Of a stretch of DNA of 64,000 bases, positions 51,366 through 64,000 are shown piece after piece. Source of the DNA: Octopus sinensis (lineage: Eukaryota); contig NC_043001.1 in the NCBI RefSeq assembly GCF_006345805.1, forward strand, positions 111,228,001 to 111,292,000. Reading direction: 5' to 3'. The translations under genes were made by a program, and so were the position numbers. Each line of letters opens with the position of its first letter. Position 1 is the first letter of the stretch. A model generated the notes under the pieces. It saw only the letters and a list, made by a program, of their open reading frames with translations, made no database searches and was not told the DNA's origin.

Positions 51366-53329
51366 TAGTTTTATTTTTATAGCGTGCTTTCACTTCACTA
51401 CCGAGCACAGCTCTGTGTGCCTTGGGTATGTGCTGTGATTTGTTGTGATGCTCTGATGGTTATTGTATGGAAAGTGTTCTGCGTAGGATGTGTGCAGTGC
51501 CTAGTAGTGCAATTTTCTGTATGTTATATGTGTTTGTAAGTCCTGGTGTTTTTGTTATATATTTGTCTGAATATTTTTTATCATGCCTAATGCACCTACT
51601 ATGATAGGAATTGTTTCTGTTTTCAGATTCCACATTCTAGTTACCTCTATTTCCAGGTCTTTGTATTTTGAGAGTTTCTCCATTTCTTTTAGAGACACGT
51701 TGTCATCAGCCGCTATTGATACATCAATTAGAAAGCATTTTTTTTCTTCATGATCTCTGACAACTATATCTGGTCTGTTGGCCTTAATTTCTCTATCTGT
51801 GTGTATCGGCATATCCCAGAGTATGGTTACTTTCTCGTTTTCTGTGACCTTTTCTGGTGTGTGCCTATACCATATTTTTTCTGTTGTTATTCCATAATGT
51901 TGGCATAGCTTACAATGTATGTAGGTTCCAACTCTGTCATGTCTGTGAATATATTCCTTCTTAGCCAGGACTGGGCAGCTAGAGATAATATGATTTATTG
52001 TTTCTTGTCCATCTCCACATATTCTGCAGTTACTTGTTATATTTCTTTTCATTACATGTTTTTGGTAATTTCTGGTGGGGAGGCTTTGGTCTTGTGCTGC
52101 AATTAGAAATCCCTCTGTTTCTGCTTTGAGTCCTGAGCTTCTCAACCATTGCTGGGATTTTTCTTTGTCTATTTCTTTTGCGTTTAGTTTAGTCCAGTAT
52201 TTACCATGAAGGGGCTTTTCTTGCCATCATTTTATCATGGTTCGTTGCTGTTCTATTTTTAGTTTGGATTTCATTTGTTTTATAGCTTTTGTTGTTTCTT
52301 CATCTTCTTCTACTTCTTCATGTTTATTAGGTGGTATGATTTCTTGTTTGTATTTGTCAGCTTCCTTAAATACTGAGAACAGTTTTTTGTTTTGCTCGTG
52401 TTTTGCCGCTATCTGGATCAGTTTTCCTTCCTTCTAAAGTAGATATTTTTGCAGTCCTATGGTGGTTATTTTATAATAGTTTTCCAGCTGTATAAGGCCT
52501 CTACCACCTTCTATACGTTGTATATATAGTCTTTCTATGTCAGATTTTGGATGATGCATCCTAGATCCTGTCATTATTTTTCTTGTTTTCCTATCTATTT
52601 TGGACAGTTCATTTCGTGTCCAGTTAAGGATATTGTAGCTGTAACTTATAACTGGAACAGCTAAAGTGTTGATACCTATTATCTTGTTTTTAGCATTGAG
52701 CTCTGTGTTTAGTATTGATCTAACTCGTCTATAATATTCTTTTTTTATTTTCTCTTTCATTTGTGTGTGTTGTGTTTTATCTAGTTCATGGATTCCTAAG
52801 TATTTGTAAGTTTGGCTTTGGTCTAATTCTTTTATTTCATTGGTTTTATCTAGTGTGATGTTGTTACTCTTGACTAGTTTTCCTCTTTTCAGGGTTACTT
52901 TGGCGCATTTTTCTAATCCAAATTTCATATCTATTTCTTTGGTAAATCTATGAACTGTCTTTAATAGTGTTTCCAGCTGTTTGTCATTTTCAGCGTATAG
53001 TTTTAGGTCATCCATGTATAAAAGGTGGCTGATCGTTCTGCCGTAACATTTATATCCGCATCCAGTTCTATTTAGCATATCAGATAGAGGTGACAGTGCC
53101 AAGCAGAAAAGGAGTGGAGAGAGCGTGTCTCCCTGGAATATTCCTCTTCTAATGGGGATGTCTTTGGTTTTCATGAGTCCCTCTTTTGTTTGGAGGTGTA
53201 GGACTGTTTGCCATTTATTCATAGAGTGCTCTATGAATTTTATGATTGTTGGTGCTACTTTGTTAATGGTTAGTGTTTCGAGGATCCATGTGTGGGTGAT
53301 GCTATCAAACGCCTTTTTGTAGTCAATCC
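51363..53329 (-). mobile_element. R4/Dong-like subfamily 2, 5'-truncated 2-kb copy
   Basis: RT (from WIDYKKAFD through YMDD), CCHC, RLE RPDIVV..LIDVSI..KE..K..KY, 3' UTR; (AAT)n-type tracts on both sides. Confidence 0.96.
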
Positions 53330-53377
53330 CTTATTGACTATTATTATTATTATTATTAGTAGTATTATTATTATTAT

Positions 53378-53424
<47 letters not shown>

Positions 53425-54200
53425 ATGCTGCTGCTGCTACAACTACTACTACTACTAGAATTATAAACTTTCTGAATCCCATTTTGAGGTATATATCAAG
53501 GGGCAGTACTGTCTTCCGTCCATAGGAAATATCTTCCAAAGACAATGCAGGCGACACTCATTTAGGTGACATTCATTTTGATTTATGAAGATCTAATAGA
53601 ATGTGGTGTAATGTTATCTGCCCATTTGCGTAATGGATCAATTTTTGCAATGATCATAAAGACGGTAGGTATATATACGTTCATTGACCAAAACTGTGAA
53701 CCGAAGGAAAATGATATGTAGTATATTGAACGTTGTTAAGAGAGAGAGAGAGAGGGAGAGAGAAAGGCACTATTTCTATAACCTTGAGGCAAAGCTTGAA
53801 AGCAATATCTATGATAGAGTAGCAAAAAGGGTATAAGATGTTTTTTTTTTAATATCTAACAGCTTTAAGACTCACCAAAAGTTTTTATTTATATATGCAC
53901 GACTCAAATCTCTATCGGCAACAATGATATAATGGCTACGAGAAGTAAGAAAGATCCAATTAAATACACATCACAAACACTCTTAATACCCAAATAAAAT
54001 GGCCTCTGAACAAACTCGAAATGCTTTCTTATTTCAAATATCGTTATTCTTTTCCTTTGACTTCCATAGCAAGTGCATCTCATCTTTATATTGCCCGTTT
54101 CCCCTCTATGCAATTCATTTCTTTGAAGAGAAATTTAGTCAGCCATCCACTCACGTGATATCGTTGTGCTTATTTTAATTCTGAACTACGCAGCTTAGAA

Positions 54201-54760
<560 letters not shown>

Positions 54761-56040
54761 ATATATATATATCGTGGTATGTGATACATATTCCTTGATA
54801 CATACATTTACGTCATGATATTAATTAAAATATAGAATATTTTACATGCCGTTATATTATATTACTGAAAGTAAACTGTAATCAAATGACTTTGACTTGC
54901 GTAACTCTATTCCGATCTTTTGACCCGGTTATTATCACTATTCACATAAATGTTCAAAGATTGAGTCCGTAGTGCATACGTTTTCAATGATTGCCCATGT
55001 GAGATGATGTTTACTTACATATCGATCCCTTGTTTTGTGATGTTAGATATGCATAAGGGATTCGCTGTATAGATTTCCGGACTACGTTGTTCGTGTTTCG
55101 TATAATGGTACACATAGATACATATTATTATAATAAAAGTAAATACATATAAACATACATCCATATACAATATAATTTATGTATATTTATATGTGTGTGC
55201 CTATGTTGGTGTGCTTACTTACGAACAAGTTTATTTGATTTTGTGTGGATTTTTGTTTGAATATGTATATTTAACTCTTTATGAAAGACTGAAAAATTCT
55301 GTATTTTAACTTTTGTTAAGCAGACTAACAGAAAATTGTAATGCTGTCAAAATAACCGTAGCAGTTCTGAAACAGATCAATAGGTTTTAAAGAAGCAAAG
55401 TATCTGTTCCATAGAGAGACGTAATCTGAATGTAAATATTGCTATAATGGTATAGGAATGAAGCCTGTTGAAGATACTGCAACAATAGTTGTGACTCTGG
55501 CCAAATATCATGGATTCTAAATGCATTCATTGTTTGTTTCGAAGTGATTGAAAGGCATTTTGCAGCTTTTTTGTTCTTTAAAAAAAAAAGTAAAACGATT
55601 AAAGTGGATTCTGCAAGCAACAAACTCAGGAAATAAACCACTGAACTGAAAAGTATGGCCTAAAACATCTTGAAAGCTATTCCATAGACATGTTACGTGG
55701 GTGCTCATTGTTCGTGTTTTATTTTAATGGAAATGACGCCTCGCATATATCGAGTGCCAATTCATATTCAGCTGTTATAAAAATGGTTATACTTAAACCG
55801 AGAACAAATCACATTTACTTACAAATGGTAATGTATTTTGTTTTGCTTTTGTTTATGTACCGTTTTAGCCATATATAAACCATTCTGAGAGTAGAAATAA
55901 GATCATTGCGTTTCTAACCGTGACCCTCTGGTCTTTTAAAGAATAATGAATCCTCAATGTATTAATTGTATTAATTCGTTTTTCTACTACAATAGACTTT
56001 CCTTTGATTATGACTTGTTTATCATAATTAACCTCTGCAG

Positions 56041-56287
56041 GTTTCCTGGTTTCCTGGTATCTGAGTTAGGTAGCAATCAGCCCATTTTGCTATCATTCCC
56101 AGGGCACCTATGACAACAGGTATTGCTTTAGTCTTCAGGTCCCACATTTTGCTGATTTCTATTTCCAGATCTTTATATTTGCTCAGTTTCAGGTAGGTCT
56201 TGACAGATACGTTTATATCGAGTGGGACGGTCATATCAATGAGGAGGCATGATTTTTGTCTGAAGTCTTTTACTATGATGTGTGACC
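56041..56287 (-). mobile_element. R4/Dong-like subfamily 3, RLE-domain fragment
   Basis: IVKDFRQKSCLLIDMTVPLDINVSVKTYLKLSKYKDLEIEISKMWDLKTKAIPVVIGALGMI; its 5' side abuts (TTA)n at 56288-56362. Confidence 0.9.
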
Positions 56288-56325
<38 letters not shown>

Positions 56326-56704
56326 TATTATTATTATATTATTATTATTATTATTATTATTATTAAGGCAAATTTGCAAAATCTTCACCCGAACCGGACA
56401 AAGGCTTCGTGGTTTTTACCTTTTGCCTTCAATTTCCTCCAAAATAGTCACTGTGATCGAAAGACTCTTCTAGTCTCCTTCCCCACTCATAATTTCCGGC
56501 ATTGTGCTTGTAGTAGACTGCATTATTATAACTTATCTTATAATTGCTTGCTATTGTGGTTTTGTTGCTATATTTTCAATTCTAGATAATCACTATTTTC
56601 GAAGTCCTCTGCATGTGACCCTCTTTAAAAACTATTCTCTTATTGTCATTTCTTATTAAGACAAAAGAAACACAGTTTAGTGTGCTATTATTCTTTTATT
56701 CTTC

Positions 56705-57081
56705 TATTCTATTATTTGTTTCAGTCATTTGACTGCGGCCATGCTGGAGCACCGCCTTTAGGAGAACAAATCGAACCCGGGACTTATTCTTTGTAAGTCT
56801 ACTACTTATTCTCTCGGTTTCTTTTGCTGAACCGCTAAGTTACTGGCACATAAACACACAAGCTTCGGTTGTCACGTGATGGCGTGCAGACAAACACAGA
56901 CACACACATGTATATACGACTGGCTTCTTTCAGTTTCCCACTACCACATCCACACACAAGGCTTTGGCTGGCCTGAGGCTATAGTAGAAGAGACTTGCCA
57001 ATGATGCCATGCAGTGGAACTGAATCCGGGAGCATGTGATTGGCAAGCAAGCTCTTTACCACACAGCCACTCCTGCGCCTA
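56705..57081 (-). mobile_element. SINE family A, full length
   Basis: Ends cacacagccactcctgcgccta. Confidence 0.92.
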
Positions 57082-58015
57082 TGATCTCAATTTTCAAAAT
57101 TTAGCGCCCTACTTCTACGTTTTCCGTGTATCTTTTATATGATCATTACAACATTAACTGGTACATAGAACTAAAGATTTGCCAATGAACCTTACACAAA
57201 ACGAATGCATGAAACTCACGGTATCCTTCAATAAAAAAAAACAGAGACAAAAATATATCTTTAGCACAACTTTTCTAGTCAGAGAACACCACCACTTATA
57301 ATGTACGTGAAGCCTCATATTTTGCTGATAAGGAAGCTTAAAGGCAACCGCTTAAATTCTACCAGTCTAGCATTGGCTGCCAATAGTGTCTGCATATCTT
57401 TCGTCAAGACAAAATCTAAATATACTTTTATGGCAGTGCCCTATTAGGCCAGGGCCTGATCGCTGATACCATTAGAGTCTACTATTTATAGATAATCAAA
57501 TGCCAATATTTCAGTACTCTTTAATACAGATTACAAATTTCACGGGACTGAAATTATTTTAGTTCCGATAATTTCGAAAAGGTACGAAATACTTAATGCA
57601 TTTTGTTAAACAAGTTAATCAGTCCAGATGTATAGTCCTTGTCATTTTCATAGAGGATAAGAATGTTGGTATGAAGATTTGTGAAATCAACCATAATTAG
57701 TTTGTATGTTAATGTTAATAATAGAAAAAATTGATATAAAATATATTGGAAAATGGACTTCCGACGTATAAAGTCAAAAGATATAACTCTTGGCATCAGA
57801 GCTTTGCTTCTTTTTGACTGATTTACGATTGTTATTCCCAAATGCGACTAACAAAGCCGAATTCCCTAATGATGCTTTCATAAACTTACAAAATAGTTCC
57901 AGACAATTCTTAGTATCCACAGCTCTGATAAGTTACATAATAATACATGAATTCAACGAACATTAAATAAGCATATTTTCGAATGGTCTTATCATATGTG
58001 AATTAAATATTATAC

Positions 58016-58065
<50 letters not shown>

Positions 58066-58106
58066 TATATTACACATATATATATATATATATATATTAT
58101 ATATAC

Positions 58107-58179
<73 letters not shown>

Positions 58180-58204
58180 AGGTATAGATGTATGTATATA
58201 TATA

Positions 58205-58243
<39 letters not shown>

Positions 58244-58293
58244 TATACCATATGTGTATATATATATATGTATATTATATAGACACACTATAC

Positions 58294-58324
<31 letters not shown>

Positions 58325-58421
58325 ATATATATATAGATAGATAGATAGATATATAGACATAGATATATATGCCTACGCATGCAGATATATATATATATAC
58401 GTATACAGGTAGAAAAAATCA

Positions 58422-58468
<47 letters not shown>

Positions 58469-58792
58469 ATATATATAATATATACATATATATAATATAT
58501 ATATATATACATGCTATATGCATATATGTGATCGAGTATGTGAGTATACATATAAAATTTCTATGGATGTATAAACTGATGAATTCTGCGTATGATTGCA
58601 CATTGATTTGTATCTAATTAAAAGAATACAATTGATTGATACTGGTGCGATTAAGCAAAAAAAAAAAACATTCCACTCTATATGATTTATGTACACAGAC
58701 GGGAAATATATGTGTGTGTCTTTGTGTGTGTTAGCGTGTGTGTATGAATATGATTATATGAGTGGGTCTGTGTGTAAATAGGTGATATGTAT

Positions 58793-59045
58793 TACTCTTT
58801 ACTCTTTTACTCTTTTACATGTTTCAGTCATTTGACTGCAGCTATGCTGGAGCACCGCCTTTAGTCGAGCAAATCGACCCCGGGACTTATTCATTGTAAG
58901 CCCGGGACTTATTCATTGTAAGCCCGGTACTTATTCTATCGGTCTCTTTTGCCGAACCGCTAAGTGACGGGGACGTAAACACACCAGCATCGGTTGTCAA
59001 GCAATGCTAGGGGAACAAACACAGATACACAAACACATACACACA

Positions 59046-59098
<53 letters not shown>

Positions 59099-59263
59099 TA
59101 CGACAGGCTTCTTTCAGTCTCCGTCTACCAAATCCATTCACACGGCATTGGTCGGCCCGGGGCTATAGTAGAAGACACTTGCCCAAGATGCCACGCAGTG
59201 GGACTGAACCCGGAACCATGTGCTTCGTTAGCAAGCTACTTACCACACAGCCACTCCTGCGCC
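58793..59263 (-). mobile_element. SINE family A, full length, with an internal 22-bp tandem duplication
   Basis: cccgggacttattcattgtaag x2 at 58879-58922. Confidence 0.93.
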
Positions 59264-59293
59264 TTATTTTATGTGTAACTATGCATATATATT

Positions 59294-59541
59294 ATTTCTT
59301 TACTACCCACAAGGGGCTAAACACAGAGGGGACAAACAAGGACAGACAAACGGATTAAGTCGATTACGTCGGCCCCAGTGGTACTTATTTAATCGACCTC
59401 ACTGGTACTTATTTCATCGACCCCGAAAGGATGAAAGGCAAAGTCGACCTCGGCGGAATTTGAACTCAGGACGTAGCGGTAGACGAAATACGGCTACGCA
59501 TTTCGCCCGGCGTGCTAACGTTTCTGCCAGCTCGCCGCCTT
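59294..59541 (-). mobile_element. SINE family B, full length
   Basis: atttctttactacccacaaggggc..tttctgccagctcgccgcctt. Confidence 0.92.
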
Positions 59542-59979
59542 AATATACCTGCAAACACACGTAAACAAACACATACATACATATACAGATGTATGCATAT
59601 GTATGTATGTAACATTTTACAATACAAATACTACAGAATATTAGAATCTGCATAGTCTTTGACCCAAGTTTACATAAATATAAGCAAACAATCACACACA
59701 TCGCGGTGCTTGCAGATTCTCATAAATATCTCTTCCTGTTATCATAAATGTTTTCATTTATTCACCGGTCGATTTATTATTCTTTATCTGTATGTAATGT
59801 CTTGTTCCATGTGATTATAAATGCGCATACATACATACATATATGTGTGTGTGTGCGTGTGTATCTGTATCTATGTGTATATCTATCAATCTATCTATCT
59901 ATATATATATACATATATATATACACATACATATACATTTACATATATTTATAGATGTCCATATATTTCTTATTCCCAA

Positions 59980-60047
<68 letters not shown>

Positions 60048-60092
60048 TAATATATATACATATGTATGTAGTATATATGCACATATATACAT

Positions 60093-60123
<31 letters not shown>

Positions 60124-60214
60124 CACACATACACACACATATATATATATTATTTATATTATTATGTGAGTGAACGCCACGCATCCTCTTCCAAGTAGGT
60201 TTTATCTTATATAC

Positions 60215-60249
<35 letters not shown>

Positions 60250-60901
60250 CATACACCCATACGCGCATGCGTACATGGATAAATATATGTGAGTGCAAAC
60301 ATGTGTACATACGTACATATACCGATACAATAGACACTTATATATAGATAGTGACATACACACATACCTACCGAGAGATGGAGACAAATCTTTATGTGTG
60401 CGTGAGCGCATGTGTGTGTAATTGTGTGTGTGTGCGTTTGCTTTAGTGTATGTGTGTATGTATTCATGTTTCACTGTGTATGTGAATGCGGCAAGGAATA
60501 CAAATATATTTTTATATAACTAGCATGAATATGTGTGTGTCTGTGTGTGTATCTGTGAATGTATAGAATACGGTACACTCAGGAGCAAGTTATTCGTTAT
60601 TATATGAAAAGTTCTGCTGGGATACAAGTTAACTATTAACTATCCAAGTATCAGCTGAGGCTGACCAATATTTCGGTCAATCAAAGATGTGTAGGCGTAT
60701 ACTTGTCAATGTCTTGGCAAAACTGTAAAAATCAATTCCCACTTTCGCCAGACTTTTCAACCTATACATAGAATACGTAGAATATTCAATGAGACATTGG
60801 GCCACATTTCGTAGCATAAATCGTAAAACGAAGACATATTTCTCCGTCGTTTATATGATCGGACAATGCATACATAAGTACCTGAACTATTATGTGTATG
60901 T

Positions 60902-61090
60902 ACGAGAGGTTGGTGAAACGTTCCTAGCTTTTAGGGTGTCGTGAAAGGTGTAATGGGTGGCCCAATCTTCCGAGCTCTTTTACAAGTATTAGGGAATTTG
61001 AAGGACGGGAATAAGTTGAATAAAATCATAATTAACTAATCCTCCTGTATTTTCTTTTACCGAGAACCAGGAATCTTCAGCACGCAGCCA
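60902..61090. mobile_element. Possible mariner-derived MITE (~180 bp)
   Basis: TA-cgagaggttggtgaaacgttcctagc left end; degenerate inverted match ccaggaatcttcagcac at the right. Confidence 0.4.
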
Positions 61091-61099
61091 TGAGCGCTA

Positions 61100-61138
<39 letters not shown>

Positions 61139-61567
61139 ATATATATATATATATAGTAGAAATATGTTACGAAAAGAAAATATAAAATACACGTGGTGTA
61201 AGGGTAAAATATGAAAAATCAATGTAAATGCATTTTCGTTGATTTTTCATATTTTACCCATTTATATATTTACATATATATATATATATTAATAACAATA
61301 ATAAAATGAGACATCGATGTTAGGGAAATAGAAGAATTTATATATGTATATTATTGGACAATCAGTAAGTTGTCGTAATAGGACTCAGAGTTTCCAATGC
61401 CGGTGCTAACACCATCGTTGCATGCATTTTTTAAATAATTTTTTTATCTTTTATAATTTTACCTGTCTATTAGAGTAACTCCCCTTTTATTCAACGGTTT
61501 TTTTTTTCATAGCGTCTATTGTCAAAATAGCCGACGATAATACATCGTATTCTTAGCTCCCTGCATT

Positions 61568-61758
<191 letters not shown>

Positions 61759-61774
61759 CATCCGTACCCTCATC

Positions 61775-61945
61775 TACTTTTTTTTCATGCGAAACTCTGG
61801 ACAGGAGGAGATTGAATTTCGCTTTGAAGAGGCATACATCAACATCGTGTAGGTCTCTGAAGTATCTTGTTAGGATATTAAACAGCTGCGGGTTCTTGAA
61901 ACCCACGCTGTTGCAATGCCTTGTACTCTGACCTGACGGCAATGT
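61775..61945 (-). mobile_element. CR1-like LINE C-terminal remnant
   Basis: [40 protein letters not shown] parallels GPxLFNxLP..FK..LD..L. Confidence 0.65.
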
Positions 61946-62895
61946 TGAGATTTCTGGTACTATGCAGCGATTGGCCGTGCTGCTCTTAGCGTAATTTTAG
62001 TGCCAAAGTTTGAAGAGCTACAGAGAGAGGCTGTAAAACTACTACTTTACTCCTTAGAGTGACAACCCGTACTTATTGTGTTGTATCAGTGAAATTACTT
62101 CAGAAAAGATTACATACTTATTATGTTTCTTGAAGTATATGTCTAAAGTTTAGCCTGACCATATAAAACCTATCTAAATGTATATGTTATCTCACCACCG
62201 TCTGCCTCATTCTACCAAGCATTTGTGAACATAGCCGGAAAGATTTAATTACAAACTTACTCTATGTCTGAGAAACTACTACGATGAGACACTGAAATGG
62301 AAATTCCTCCTGCTATATATATATACAAATTTCATTTTATCTAAAAAAAAAAAAAACATCAAAAGATTAGCATATTTAATAAGGTCAAAAATATCCGCAA
62401 GTCACATGATAAGAAGATGCGTGTGTTTCGTTTTCTAGAAAACTTGGAAAGTTAACTACAACATTTAAAAAAATGTGTATGGAAATCGCAAAAGAAGAAT
62501 TGCAGCGCCTGTATATACTAAAACTAAAATATACGATATACAGTTATATCTATCTAGAATCGGTTTTTAAATATTTTGACCAAAATAGTAGATGTGTTCA
62601 TAATTTAGTTCTGTGAGATTACTGCGTAGTGCATGCACATCATTTTCGTTAGCTTATGAAGTGTTCTGTTGCACGTAACTTATTTCAATGCAGTAAAATA
62701 TTCTAGATGTCATGATTGCATGAACTCAATTTTTATGATAAATTTTAATGAGTTTTCAGTCACACTTTAAAGCAAGGCTGGGTAATATGTACTCCGTTTT
62801 CACTTAATATCGTAGGCACTTATATTGTCGGGAGCAATATATAGGTGGTGTATTTATTTGACACTGTTCACCACGCATCCTAAAACGGCTATTCT

Positions 62896-63263
62896 TATTT
62901 CTTTATTGCCCACAAGGGGCTAAACATAGAGGGGACACACAAGGACAGACAAAGAGATTAAAGCAATTAGATCGACCCCGTGCGTAATTGGTACTTAATT
63001 TATCAACCCCGAAAGGATGAAAGGCACAGTCGACCTCGGTGGAATTTGAACTCAGAACGTAGCGGCAGTCGAAATACCTATTTCTTTACAAGGGGCTAAA
63101 CACAGAGAGGACAGACAAGCAGATTAAGTCGATTATATCGACCCCAGTGCGTAACTGGTTCTTATTTAATCGACCCCGAAATGATGAAAGGTAAAGTCGA
63201 CCTCGGCGGAATTTGAACTCAGAACGTAGCAGCAGACGAATTACCGCTAAGCAGCTCGCCGCC
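62896..63263 (-). mobile_element. Two tandem SINE family B copies
   Basis: Repeat unit restarts at ~63079 (tatttctttacaaggggctaaac). Confidence 0.9.
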
Positions 63264-64000
63264 TTTGCTGCGTCTGTGTCATTCACCGGATATAGGTACT
63301 TACACACTGTAACTACCACCGTCATTACATCGTTATTTTTAATGATTTTGTCATTACCAATGAAGGCTTGGTGTTTAGTGTATAAGGCTAATGATCGTTA
63401 GATTGTAGTTTCGTTTCCTTGGACAAACCATTTCATTTCACGTTGCTCTAGTTCACTGAGATAGCAAAATTACTAGAATGGTGAGGTCGCGATATGCCGT
63501 CTCTAGAACAGATGGTAACTTATGCAGTGGTGGGCCATAAACTTAGTTTGATGTTGGGTATTATCACTATCACTGCTTACTCACAGACCAGCTCCTGTGC
63601 AGGCCAGTTGAAATGATAAATTTTGATACCATTTGTGCATTTGCAGACTAACACTGCCCAAGAACAAGTTCTTGGTGGCAGGTTGCATTAAAGAACAAGG
63701 CCTGTGAATGCATCGATGTTTTAACACAGAACATTGTGGTAGTTTTAATATTTATTCCTATTCGTGTCATAAAGGTGGGCGATATCAAGAATACTGCTCT
63801 TATTTGTAAAGTAAAGTTATATAAATCTAACATTATATATTTACTTTTGCTATTAAGTTCTGTTTTTATGATTTCCTTTTCTAACACATTTCACTTGCTT
63901 TTATCTAGATTGAGTCTGTCTTTGAAACTATACTTCTCTCCACTGGGATATATTCGTCAGAAAATACACTGTACTTGATGCTGTTCACGCGGTTGTCTGG

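Overview
AT-rich, microsatellite-laden, repeat-dominated eukaryotic DNA. The SINE families suggest an octopus/cephalopod genome (inference from recalled sequences). I could not confidently call any intact host gene. The window holds: (1) seven pieces of R4/Dong-clade RLE-type non-LTR retrotransposons from at least three distinguishable subfamilies. Most abut (TAA)n tracts, including two near-full-length ~4-kb copies in head-to-tail tandem at 30.8-38.8 kb. (2) Several Penelope-like terminal-repeat remnants carrying three different hammerhead-ribozyme-like motifs with palindromic stem III; two of these insertions have outward-facing inverted termini. (3) Decayed mariner (DD34D) and maT-like (DD37D) transposons, a Helentron/DINE-1-like element, and RTE, CR1-like and HERO-like LINE fragments. 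(4) About 20 SINE copies of three families. (5) Local tandem and inverted duplications, plus a few weak candidate exons. All family assignments come from reading motifs by eye; no database search was run.
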